A DNA stretch of 64,000 bases from Clostridia bacterium. GTDB taxonomy: Bacteria; Bacillota; Clostridia; Christensenellales; Borkfalkiaceae. Shown here piece after piece: positions 36,906-46,080 of this stretch. The translations under genes were made by a program, and so were the position numbers. The notes under the pieces are model-generated. The model was not told the DNA's origin. It ran no database searches and saw only the letters and a list, made by a program, of their open reading frames with translations. Position 1 is the stretch's first letter. The number at the start of each line of letters is the position of its first letter. The stretch lies in NCBI GenBank assembly GCA_017471785.1, contig JAFURP010000039.1, positions 6,189 to 70,188 of the forward strand. Reading direction: 5' to 3'.

Positions 36906-37853
36906 ATGAAAACGGAAAAGAAGAAAAGAAGTTTTGTAAAACGTATCGGAAAACGAGAAAGCGAATCCATTCTTACCAAACGCAGCACGCCGGAGAAAAT
37001 TTTATTCGGGATCGTATTCGTAATATTTGCGCTGTACGCCTTGACGTTAGTCTTACCTTTCGTGTTTATGTTCATAAGCTCCTTGAAAAGCAGCTTGGAA
37101 TATATCGACGACCTGATTGCAGGCTCTACGCTCGGCTTACCCGATAAATGGATGTTTTCCAATTACGTGCTGGCGTTTACGGAAATGAGCGTGCAGGATT
37201 CGATGGGGAAGGACGTATACTTGCCGCAAATGCTTTTGAACAGTATTTGGTATACGGCGGAATGTATCTTTGCGAGTGTGGGAGCAAGCGCGCTCACGGG
37301 CTACTGCTTGTCTAAATACCGTTTCAAGCTTCGCGGATTTTTATACGGCATTGCCATCTTCTCTATGACGATCCCCATTATCGGCTCGTCGGGCGCGGCA
37401 ATGAAGCTTGCGTATAATCTCGGTATTTATAATACGCCCTTGTATCCGCTTCTTACGGGCTTTTCGGGCTTTGGCTTTAACTTCTTGATCTTATACGGTT
37501 TCTTTAGCGGTATACCTTGGAGCTACGCCGAAGCGGTGTTTATGGACGGCGGCGGGCACGGGACTACTTTTTTCAAAATTATGTTGCCGCAAGCTTGGCC
37601 CGCAATGCTCACGCTGTCGATCATGACGTTTATCAGCGCTTGGAATAATTATATGACGCCGCTTTTATATTTGCCCGACTTCCCTACGATGGCTTCGGGT
37701 ATCTATCGTATAAAGCTGACGTTTACACGCGGCGGTAACTATCCTGCTTATTATGCGGGATTACTCGTTTCGACTTTGCCCGTCGTGCTTTTGTTCATAT
37801 GTTTTTCGGATATTATTATGAAGAACTTTACGGTCGGCGGATTAAAAGGTTAA
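36906..37853 (+). CDS. carbohydrate ABC transporter permease (MalG/LplC-like)
   Basis: AAGGAGG RBS 8 nt upstream. TM-rich, with the EAA-type loop YAEAVFMDGGGHGTTFFKIMLP. Confidence 0.85.
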   Translation: MKTEKKKRSFVKRIGKRESESILTKRSTPEKILFGIVFVIFALYALTLVLPFVFMFISSLKSSLEYIDDLIAGSTLGLPDKWMFSNYVLAFTEMSVQDSMGKDVYLPQMLLNSIWYTAECIFASVGASALTGYCLSKYRFKLRGFLYGIAIFSMTIPIIGSSGAAMKLAYNLGIYNTPLYPLLTGFSGFGFNFLILYGFFSGIPWSYAEAVFMDGGGHGTTFFKIMLPQAWPAMLTLSIMTFISAWNNYMTPLLYLPDFPTMASGIYRIKLTFTRGGNYPAYYAGLLVSTLPVVLLFICFSDIIMKNFTVGGLKG

Positions 37854-37881
37854 TACAAAGAAAAATCGGAGGAAAAGAAAA

Positions 37882-39510
37882 ATGAAAAAGAAAAATATGG
37901 TAGGCTTGATGCTTGCGCTGGTTATGAGCGGCTCGATCGTCGGTATGACGGCGTGTAACAACAATAGAGTAGACGACCCGAACGTGCTGGAAATTTACGT
38001 ATTACATAAAGGTAACGGCGTACAATGGTGTTACGATATGGTGGAAGCGTTCAAAGAGCAGGATTGGGTAAAAGAAAAATATCCTAATCTGCAAGTAGCG
38101 GCGCTTACGACCAACGACGTGGACAGCTTTGCTGCGGGGCAGATCAACGCAGGTGAGGGGAAAAACCGCTTCGATCTGATGTTTACGCATATGGACGGGC
38201 AATCCTACGCGGGACCTACGGGACAATTTGAAGATTTAACGCAAAGCGTTTATTATGCGGACGTCCCCGGGGAAAACGTCAAATATATCGATAAGCACAA
38301 CGCAAGCTATACGTTCGTAAACCGTTTTATCGACGTCAGCAACGAAAACAACGAATCGTATTATCAAACGACGTGGAATCACGGTATGGATTCTATCGTC
38401 TACAACGAAACGCTGCTTACCGCGCTCGGAAAGGACGTGCCCAATACGACGGACGAATTTATTGCCATTTGCGATTACGTGTTGGATATCAACAATAGAC
38501 CTGCCGGTGTTTACGATAAAACGTTTGCCGTGCAACAGGCGAAATCCCGTTATTGGGACTATTTATATCCCGTATGGTGGGCGCAATATCAAGGCGTCGA
38601 CGGTTATTTGGATTTTTGGAACGGTATCGACAACAACCGACTTTCCATCAATATTTTCGACCAACAAGGGCGCGAGGAAGCCTTGAAGATCTTTGAAAAG
38701 GTATTGAAATACGAAACGGGCTACGTGGCGCAGGATTCCATGTCGCACGAATTTATGCAAGGTCAAACGATGTTTTTGCGCGGAAACGGTATCTTCCACG
38801 TAAACGGCGACTGGTTCGATAACGAGATGAGCGATATCACCGCCCAAATCAAAGCGGAGGGCGGCGCGGCGGCAAGCTATACGTTCAAGATCATGCGTTT
38901 GCCCGTGATCAGCGCGCTCGGCACCAAGCTCGGTATCGACGACGCAACGCTTTCGGCGGTCGTAGATTACGTGGACGGCGAAACGACGACCGTGCCTACG
39001 ATCAATTCGACGGAAGGATATACGAGCGAGGAAGTAATCGAAGCGGTATGCGAGGCGCGCAGTATCGTACACTCGCTCGGTACGAAGCACGCGGCGATCG
39101 TGCCGAAATACGCGGCGGCGAAGGACGAGGCGATCGATTTCTTGCGGTTTATGGCGACGGATATCGCGCAGGAAATTTACATGGAAGCGACGGGCGGCTC
39201 GAGCTTGCCGTTTGAATACAACGTGAAAGAAAAGAATCCCGAGCTTTACAATTCGCTCACGCCCTTCCATCAAAGCCGCTTGGATTATTTCAACGAGGAA
39301 AAGTACGAGATTTATACGCTTCCCGACGACGAGTCCTTTCCGCTTGCACAATACGGCGGTTTGACGGCGAATTATAACGTATTGTATTGGAACACGTTCC
39401 ACGCGCAAGGTAACACCGTGACCGCCGCGGATATCATCGCGGAAACGAAGGAATTCTGGGACCAAGAAAAATGGGAAACGGCGCTTGCAAGCGCAGGTAT
39501 AGCAAAATAG
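37882..39510 (+). CDS. extracellular solute-binding lipoprotein (large LplA-type sugar-binding protein)
   Basis: 542 aa with a lipobox (GMTAC). Its size and position after two permeases are typical of oligosaccharide-binding SBPs. No ATPase gene is present in the locus. Confidence 0.8.
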   Translation: MKKKNMVGLMLALVMSGSIVGMTACNNNRVDDPNVLEIYVLHKGNGVQWCYDMVEAFKEQDWVKEKYPNLQVAALTTNDVDSFAAGQINAGEGKNRFDLMFTHMDGQSYAGPTGQFEDLTQSVYYADVPGENVKYIDKHNASYTFVNRFIDVSNENNESYYQTTWNHGMDSIVYNETLLTALGKDVPNTTDEFIAICDYVLDINNRPAGVYDKTFAVQQAKSRYWDYLYPVWWAQYQGVDGYLDFWNGIDNNRLSINIFDQQGREEALKIFEKVLKYETGYVAQDSMSHEFMQGQTMFLRGNGIFHVNGDWFDNEMSDITAQIKAEGGAAASYTFKIMRLPVISALGTKLGIDDATLSAVVDYVDGETTTVPTINSTEGYTSEEVIEAVCEARSIVHSLGTKHAAIVPKYAAAKDEAIDFLRFMATDIAQEIYMEATGGSSLPFEYNVKEKNPELYNSLTPFHQSRLDYFNEEKYEIYTLPDDESFPLAQYGGLTANYNVLYWNTFHAQGNTVTAADIIAETKEFWDQEKWETALASAGIAK

Positions 39511-39528
39511 TAAGCAAGGAGATCTGGA

Positions 39529-42036
39529 ATGAAAAAGAAAATGGGCAAAGCCCTTGCCGTGTTCGTCGCGGCGTTGACGCTTGCGACGGCTTGCCAAAAA
39601 GAAACGACGGATACGCGCGGAACGATGGACGACGCGGATATTTGGGGCGTAGCGGGCACGGAAAAGGTTTTACAAGATATTACGACGGGCTACGAAGATA
39701 TTCGTACGGACGCGAAGATCGACGTCGTGAGCGCGCGTGGTGAATACGAGGCGGGGCAGTTGATCATTACAGCCAAGGACAAAAATTTGGAGTACGAGGT
39801 TTCCAAAGCGGCGCTCAAGAACGCGGAGGGCGTAGAGTTTTCGGTAGACAATATCGAAATATTCCACGAAAAATACATAGAAGTCCAAACTAACTACGAA
39901 AGCAACGGTTTGCCCGTGGGTTGGTATCCCGACGCGTTGGTGCCCGTGGAAAACGTCAAAGCCGCGGGTGAAAATACCGTCGCCGCAGGGAAAAATCAAG
40001 GCTTATACGTACGCTTTAACGTACCTCGCGAGCAAGCGGCGGGCGTTTACAGCGGTACGCTCACGCTTACGATCGGCGGAAAGAGTAAAAATATTCCCGT
40101 CACCCTTACGGTCGCGGACGTTACGGTGAGCGAGGAAACGCATATGCAAAGCCATTTCGGTACGGGTTACAGCTATTTCCGCGGCGAGCTGGATTATTCG
40201 CAAACTATGTACGAAAAATACGTGGAAAAACTGTTCGAGTATCGCATTAGCCCCGGTATGATCATGGACGACGTAACGGACAGCGACGAGGACGTAGAGT
40301 ATTACGTAGAGCTTGCGTACGAATATATGCAAAACCCCAACTGTACGACGATCGACGTGCCGTACGGTTCGGCGACGGTACAGGGACATCCTTGTATCAA
40401 TAAAGCGTATTTCAAAAAATTCCTGACGGCGTTTGCGGAAAAGAGCTTTGAAACGGGCTACAATATGTTCGACAAGCTCATTACGCGTACGGGTAATCTT
40501 ATCGACGAACCGCACGGGCACGGCGACGGACTCGTTTCGCGCGTGGAAGTGGTAACGAGCGAATGGAAAGCGGGCAAAGAAGAGGTTGCACTCGCTTTGG
40601 AAGCGGATAGCTCGATTACTTCACCCATCAAGGAGGAGGTAATTGCAGGAATCCGCGGTTTGATCGACGTCGTTACGACGGCGTACGACGAAAAATACGC
40701 TCCGTACGTGGAAACTTGGTGCCCTGGGTATACCGAATACGATACGGAAGCGAATCGCGCAAAATACGACGACCAGGAAAGACGTTGGTTTTACGGTTGC
40801 GTAAATCCTCGCGCGCCGTATCCTACCTATAAGATCGACGATACGCTTTTGTCGGCGCGTGCGATCGGTTGGATGCAAGTGGAATACGATATCAGCGGTA
40901 TTTTGTATTGGGCGACCGACCTTTATCAACAGCATGAAAACGGCGCGTATATGGATATCGAGGATTATTACGGCGAAGACGCGATCCGTTATCCTCGCGG
41001 AAACGGCGACGGTTTCTTGTTATATCCCGGGAAGAAATACGGAATCGACGGACCGGTTGGCTCTATGCGTCTTGAAGCGATCCGCGACGGCGTGGAGGAT
41101 TTCGAGCTGTTGTACGCTTTGAAAAACGCGTATAAGGAAAAATCGGAAAGCGTCAACGCAAGCGCGGATAACGTGGATTTTGCGATCGATCAAATGATCG
41201 CCAGTATGACGGAAAGCATTTATAACGGTACGCGCGTACTCACGACCACGGAAACGTTTCAAAAGGCGCGCGCGACCTTGTTCGAGCTTTGTATGCTGCA
41301 GGAACACGCCGACGCGTATCTGATCCATTTCCAAGATGACGGTTACGGTAACGCGACCTACGAATTTTTGGTGGACGCAGCGGCGGCGGTAAAAGTAGAC
41401 GGTAGCGCGCTCGGCGCGAGCGAAACGATCACCGACGGCGAAAATAAGACCTATAAACGCTACGTATGCACGAAAGCGCTTTCCGAAACGGAAAACTATT
41501 TGAATTTGTCGGTGGAAAGCGGAGATAACGTATATAATTACGAGCGGTATTTGGGCGGTCGGGTCACGGTGGTAAACGCAACGCAAATGCAAGCGAGCGA
41601 CTTTACGAAAGAGGGCGCGAAACCCACCTACGAAGCGGTTGCGGACGCAAGCACGGTACATAATACACTCAGCGGCGCGCTCGCCAAGATCGTTCTGCCC
41701 GAAATGAGCGCGAAAGAATCGCAATCCTTCCGTATGGGCGGCGCGTTAAGCGCGAATATTGACGGAAATACGCAAAAAGCGATCCTTCATATCTACTATG
41801 AGGGCGAGGACGAGGCGTTGTTGGAGATCTCCTCCAAATACGACGCAAAATCCGTTTATTACGATCTGTTAAGTACGACCCTGAAGAAGGGTATGAACGA
41901 GATCACGCTTACGTTTCCGACGGCGGAATGGACGACGAAAGCGCAGCTCGAATATCTTGCGGTATATCTCGGCGGAAATACGGGCGAGCCTACGCGTACG
42001 CTGTACGTAAAAGATATCATACTTTACGCTAAATAA
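39529..42036 (+). CDS. DUF4091-domain lipoprotein, GH123-like candidate glycoside hydrolase
   Basis: 835 aa with a lipobox (LATAC). WYPDALVP, NLIDEPH (an adjacent D-E pair) and ILYWATD blocks are as I recall for DUF4091 / GH123 catalytic-domain proteins. Confidence 0.6.
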   Translation: MKKKMGKALAVFVAALTLATACQKETTDTRGTMDDADIWGVAGTEKVLQDITTGYEDIRTDAKIDVVSARGEYEAGQLIITAKDKNLEYEVSKAALKNAEGVEFSVDNIEIFHEKYIEVQTNYESNGLPVGWYPDALVPVENVKAAGENTVAAGKNQGLYVRFNVPREQAAGVYSGTLTLTIGGKSKNIPVTLTVADVTVSEETHMQSHFGTGYSYFRGELDYSQTMYEKYVEKLFEYRISPGMIMDDVTDSDEDVEYYVELAYEYMQNPNCTTIDVPYGSATVQGHPCINKAYFKKFLTAFAEKSFETGYNMFDKLITRTGNLIDEPHGHGDGLVSRVEVVTSEWKAGKEEVALALEADSSITSPIKEEVIAGIRGLIDVVTTAYDEKYAPYVETWCPGYTEYDTEANRAKYDDQERRWFYGCVNPRAPYPTYKIDDTLLSARAIGWMQVEYDISGILYWATDLYQQHENGAYMDIEDYYGEDAIRYPRGNGDGFLLYPGKKYGIDGPVGSMRLEAIRDGVEDFELLYALKNAYKEKSESVNASADNVDFAIDQMIASMTESIYNGTRVLTTTETFQKARATLFELCMLQEHADAYLIHFQDDGYGNATYEFLVDAAAAVKVDGSALGASETITDGENKTYKRYVCTKALSETENYLNLSVESGDNVYNYERYLGGRVTVVNATQMQASDFTKEGAKPTYEAVADASTVHNTLSGALAKIVLPEMSAKESQSFRMGGALSANIDGNTQKAILHIYYEGEDEALLEISSKYDAKSVYYDLLSTTLKKGMNEITLTFPTAEWTTKAQLEYLAVYLGGNTGEPTRTLYVKDIILYAK

Positions 42037-42048
42037 GGAGGTGCAAAG

Positions 42049-43245
42049 ATGAAAAAAGTATTATCCCTTTTAACGGCGGTACCCCTTATGCTTTCGGCGT
42101 TTGCATTCGCAGGCTGTAAAGAGGAGACGAAGGACGAAAAAGCCAAGCAAGTCGTGCTTTGCGATTTTGAAAGGTTCGAGCCCGATTTTCAATTGATGCG
42201 GCTTATGAATTCGTTCGGCGCGGTCAACGTCAATAAGGACGCGCAGTTCGTAAAAAGCGGTGAAACGTCGGCGAAATTGCAGCCCATCGGCAACTATTCC
42301 ACGCAAACGGATCCGTATGCGTATATTAAAACGCAAAGCGACCGTTTCGATTACGACTATACCGATTTTACGTGGGTGAAATCGGTGTCGATGTGGGTCT
42401 ACAACGCGCAGGAAACGAAACAAAGGCTGGAAATAGGACTCATCAGCGTTATCAATAACTTCAACAGCGTGGGTAAAACGGCGTGTTCCACCTACGAATT
42501 GGAAAGCGGCTGGAATAAAGTCGTGGTATATCCGGATTACGATAAGCTTTCGTTCACGATGGACGTAACGAGCGTGCAGGGCGTATATTTCGGCTTTAAG
42601 AACGCCGGCGTGCGCGATCCCGAAGAAGGTCCCGTCTATTATTTGGACGACGTTACCTTGAATATGGCGGAGAAACAAATTGAAATTGATACCGATTACG
42701 AGCTTGACGAGGGCGAGGTCGCGAATTTCGAATACGAATATCAGGCGGGTATGGTTTCGTATGTCACGCCGACGGACAGGATCGCACCCGACGTATTCGT
42801 CGTAGACGCGGCGAGCGAGGGTATCGGCGCAAGCGACGGTGCAAAGGTGCTCAAGGTGGTAGCGAAAAAGGGTACGGGTTGGCCCTCCGTCGTCATTCCG
42901 CAAAAGATCATGGAAGCAAGCGGCTTTTCCGATATCCCGCAAACGGAATGGGCGAATTATGCGTTCCGTTGCGACGTGTATATGGTTTCCAAATTACAGC
43001 TTTACACGACGATCTATGCTTCGACGGGTACTTGCGAAGCGAAGCAAATTCCCAACACCGCAAAAACGACGGGCAAGTGGATGACGATGTCTATCGGCTT
43101 TAATAACGTTATTTCCACGAATGCTACGCATAACGCCCGTATCTTTGAAAAACCCGGTAAATGGTCGGTGTCTTGGGGCGGCTTTGACGACGAGGAAGAA
43201 AAAGTATTCTATTTGGATAATTTCCGCTTTGAAAAAATTTCGTAA
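42049..43245 (+). CDS. surface lipoprotein with two CBM-like modules (paralog family)
   Basis: 398 aa with a lipobox (AFAGC). There are two modules, each ending in an aromatic-Y-(L/V)-D motif (VYYLDDVTLN, VFYLDNFRFEKIS). Confidence 0.7.
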   Translation: MKKVLSLLTAVPLMLSAFAFAGCKEETKDEKAKQVVLCDFERFEPDFQLMRLMNSFGAVNVNKDAQFVKSGETSAKLQPIGNYSTQTDPYAYIKTQSDRFDYDYTDFTWVKSVSMWVYNAQETKQRLEIGLISVINNFNSVGKTACSTYELESGWNKVVVYPDYDKLSFTMDVTSVQGVYFGFKNAGVRDPEEGPVYYLDDVTLNMAEKQIEIDTDYELDEGEVANFEYEYQAGMVSYVTPTDRIAPDVFVVDAASEGIGASDGAKVLKVVAKKGTGWPSVVIPQKIMEASGFSDIPQTEWANYAFRCDVYMVSKLQLYTTIYASTGTCEAKQIPNTAKTTGKWMTMSIGFNNVISTNATHNARIFEKPGKWSVSWGGFDDEEEKVFYLDNFRFEKIS

Positions 43246-43257
43246 GGAGGAAAAAAT

Positions 43258-45819
43258 ATGAGAGGAAAAACGTTAGGTGTTTTAGCGACGCTTGCGCTTG
43301 CATTGGGCTTTGCGTTTGCAGGCTGTAACGGCGCGGACGACAACGCTATCACGCTGGAAAACTTCGAGAATATGGAGGTTAACGCTCTCCTCGACGGTTC
43401 CTATACGCTTCCGATCGGAAACGTGTCGGACTCGGAGGGTAACGATTACGAAGTAACGTACGCGGTAAAAACGGCTTCGGACAAAGCGGTGAGCGTAAAC
43501 AACAACGCTTTTTGGATCAAGAGCTTCGAGGACCATATCATCACCTGTTCGGCAACGGTCGCGGAGGGCGACGTGCGTACGCGGACGATTACCGTCAAAG
43601 TAAAAGACGAGGGCGCTCCCGTGATCACGTTCGGTAGGGTCAAACGCGGCATGGTCGGCACGGAATATACCGTTCCCGAGATCACCGTGTTCGATTCCTC
43701 GCTGGAAACGATCTCACCGAGCGTGAAGCTGTACGAGTTAAACGGAGAGGAAAAGGGGGACGAGATACCGTTGACGGACGGCAAATTCACGCCGACGGAA
43801 ATGGGATATTACGCGTTGGAGGCGACGGCTACGGACAGCAGCGGCAATACGGGCGCGGAGAGCGCGACCGTTTACGTCCGCGCTCCGATAGCGGCTGCCG
43901 AGGTCATCTCCTTTACCTACGAGGAGGACGCGGATAACGTGGGTTGGTCGCAAACGAACGGCACGATCACGTGGTTGGAGGAATACGAAGACGAAAGCGG
44001 CGTAGTTCGGTTTAGCTACACGGGCAAGCAATGGGCAAACGCGTTCACGTTCTTACCCCTTTGCGACGCGTCGGCAGCTTCAAGCGTCTATACGAATTAC
44101 GACGAGCTGATCGTAAGAATGTATATAGCTAACACGAGTGAATTTACCAACTATTTCACGCATCCCGACGATAAACTCGTTATTACGCAGTACGACGAAT
44201 TGGGCGCAACGCTTGCGACCTATCAAAGTAAGAACGTGATCGAGTATAACGAGTGGGTGGATTATCGGTTTAATATCAACGCCCTGCGTGCGTTTGCGAT
44301 GGAGGAGTTGAACGTATATAACGCGAAGCTTTGGGGCTACGGCGTCAAAAATATGAGCGGTGAAACGGAAGTGGCGCACGACGGCGAGTTCTACGTTTCG
44401 GATATTTCCGTAGCCAAGGCAGTCGAGCTCTACGTAGAGGGCAATACCTGCGTGGGTAATACCGTAACGATCACCAACGAATATAACGATACGAACGCGA
44501 CGGTAACGGTAACCGCGCCCGACGGCACGGTAACGACGCTTACGGACGGCACGTACGATATAACGCAAAAGGGCGTACATACCGTTTGGGTGCGCGGCGA
44601 CGGCTATTTCGGAAGAAAAACGTTTACGGCAACGCGTGCGTATACGACGAACGAGTTTATGTCCTTCGATTACGAGGAGGATATCGACGGCGCGTATACC
44701 GCCGCGACTTCGCCCGTAACGGCAACCTTGACGAGGGAGGCGAGCTTCGAGGGTGAAACGGGCGTGCTGAAGCTGGATTGGAACGGTAGCAAATGGCCCG
44801 CGCTTTCGGTAAAACCGATACAGGGTCAAACGGCTTTTGCCGATTACGATTACGTGGTGATCCGTACGTACGTGCCGAGCTCCAGCCCCGTCAAATATTT
44901 GAAGATCAATAATATTCCAGGCGGCGCGTACGAGCCTTTAGATACGATCGTCTATTTGGATACGTGGCATAATTACGTCTTCGATATAAGGGCGTTTGCC
45001 GAATGGTCGGACGATTACACCGTAAACGATTTGTGGAGTAATCAATATAAGCTCTGGAGTGAATTCGACGGCGTAACCGAGGGGCAAATTTATATTTCCG
45101 ATATATCCTTTGCCAAGAAAGGTACGGTGGAAATAAGCGGTACGACGTCCGCTGCGCAAACGGTAACGTTTGGTTTTAGTGACGCGACGGCAACGCCTAC
45201 TTCGTTATACGTCGTCAACGCGGAAAACGAATTGAGCCGTATTAACGGGGCGAACTATACCATTCCGTCGAAAGGTGTTTATACCGTATACGTGTTTGCG
45301 GACGGGTATTATAATAAAGCTACTTTAACGGCAACGCGTGCATACGGCGCGACGGAATTTATGTCCTTCGATTACGCAGAGGATATCGATAACGTGTACG
45401 CTACGGCAAGCAACGCAACGGTTGCGCTGTCGATCGAGGAAACGTTCGAGAACGAAACGGGCGTTTTGAAGATGGAATGGAGCGGCAATAAATGGCCCGC
45501 ACTTTCGGTGAAACCGTTGCTCGGCAAGAACGAATATAAAAATTACGATTACGTAGTGATGCGTATTTGGACCCCGAGCGAAAGTCCTGTTAAATATTGG
45601 AAGATCAATAATACGACGGGCGGCGCGTACGAGGCGATAGACGCAACGTATACGACGGACGCGTGGGTGGATTATAAATTCGATATCCGCGCGCTGAACG
45701 CTTGGCAGGACGGCTATACGGCGCAAGAGCTTTGGGTCAATCAGTTCAGGATATGGAGCGAGTTCGACGGCGTAACGGAAGGCACGATCTATATTGCGGA
45801 TATTTCGTTTTCCAATTAA
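43258..45819 (+). CDS. large modular surface lipoprotein (N-terminal Ig-like region + three CBM-like modules separated by Ig-like spacers)
   Basis: 853 aa with a lipobox (AFAGC). The N-terminus is homologous to that of the 48245 product. Three modules end in FYVSDISVAK, IYISDISFAK and IYIADISFSN. Confidence 0.75.
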   Translation: MRGKTLGVLATLALALGFAFAGCNGADDNAITLENFENMEVNALLDGSYTLPIGNVSDSEGNDYEVTYAVKTASDKAVSVNNNAFWIKSFEDHIITCSATVAEGDVRTRTITVKVKDEGAPVITFGRVKRGMVGTEYTVPEITVFDSSLETISPSVKLYELNGEEKGDEIPLTDGKFTPTEMGYYALEATATDSSGNTGAESATVYVRAPIAAAEVISFTYEEDADNVGWSQTNGTITWLEEYEDESGVVRFSYTGKQWANAFTFLPLCDASAASSVYTNYDELIVRMYIANTSEFTNYFTHPDDKLVITQYDELGATLATYQSKNVIEYNEWVDYRFNINALRAFAMEELNVYNAKLWGYGVKNMSGETEVAHDGEFYVSDISVAKAVELYVEGNTCVGNTVTITNEYNDTNATVTVTAPDGTVTTLTDGTYDITQKGVHTVWVRGDGYFGRKTFTATRAYTTNEFMSFDYEEDIDGAYTAATSPVTATLTREASFEGETGVLKLDWNGSKWPALSVKPIQGQTAFADYDYVVIRTYVPSSSPVKYLKINNIPGGAYEPLDTIVYLDTWHNYVFDIRAFAEWSDDYTVNDLWSNQYKLWSEFDGVTEGQIYISDISFAKKGTVEISGTTSAAQTVTFGFSDATATPTSLYVVNAENELSRINGANYTIPSKGVYTVYVFADGYYNKATLTATRAYGATEFMSFDYAEDIDNVYATASNATVALSIEETFENETGVLKMEWSGNKWPALSVKPLLGKNEYKNYDYVVMRIWTPSESPVKYWKINNTTGGAYEAIDATYTTDAWVDYKFDIRALNAWQDGYTAQELWVNQFRIWSEFDGVTEGTIYIADISFSN
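44626..45816 (+). repeat. intragenic tandem duplication (702-nt unit; second copy truncated)
   Basis: ACGGCAACGCGTGC...TTTATGTCCTTCGATTACG occurs at 44626 and again at 45328. The encoded modules (TATRAYTTNEFMSFDYEEDIDG... and TATRAYGATEFMSFDYAEDIDN...) are colinear throughout. Confidence 0.75.
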
Positions 45820-45902
45820 GCAATAACGCACTCCGCGACGGGTTAAAATTTCGTCGCGGCGCAGGCGTTTAATAAAAAATATTAAAATAGGAGGGTTCGT
45901 AA

Positions 45903-46076
45903 ATGGTAACAAAGAAGCAGGAAGCGAGAGCTTTCGAATATGCAACTCCGTCGTTAAAGATATTGCGGGTAGAAGCGGATATGATAACGACGAGCGGCGT
46001 GGTTGCTTGGAGTGACAGCTGGGGCAGTACGTTTGAGCAAAACCGAGAAAATACTTGGCAGGGCGCGGAGGAATAA
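45903..46076 (+). CDS. unannotated 57-aa ORF preceding a large secreted protein
   Basis: Below the ORF-track length cut-off. AGGAGGG RBS 7 nt upstream of the ATG, and the stop lies 4 nt before the next gene's ATG. The product is MVTKKQEARAFEYATPSLKILRVEADMITTSGVVAWSDSWGSTFEQNRENTWQGAEE. Confidence 0.45.
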   Translation: MVTKKQEARAFEYATPSLKILRVEADMITTSGVVAWSDSWGSTFEQNRENTWQGAEE

Positions 46077-46080
46077 GAAA

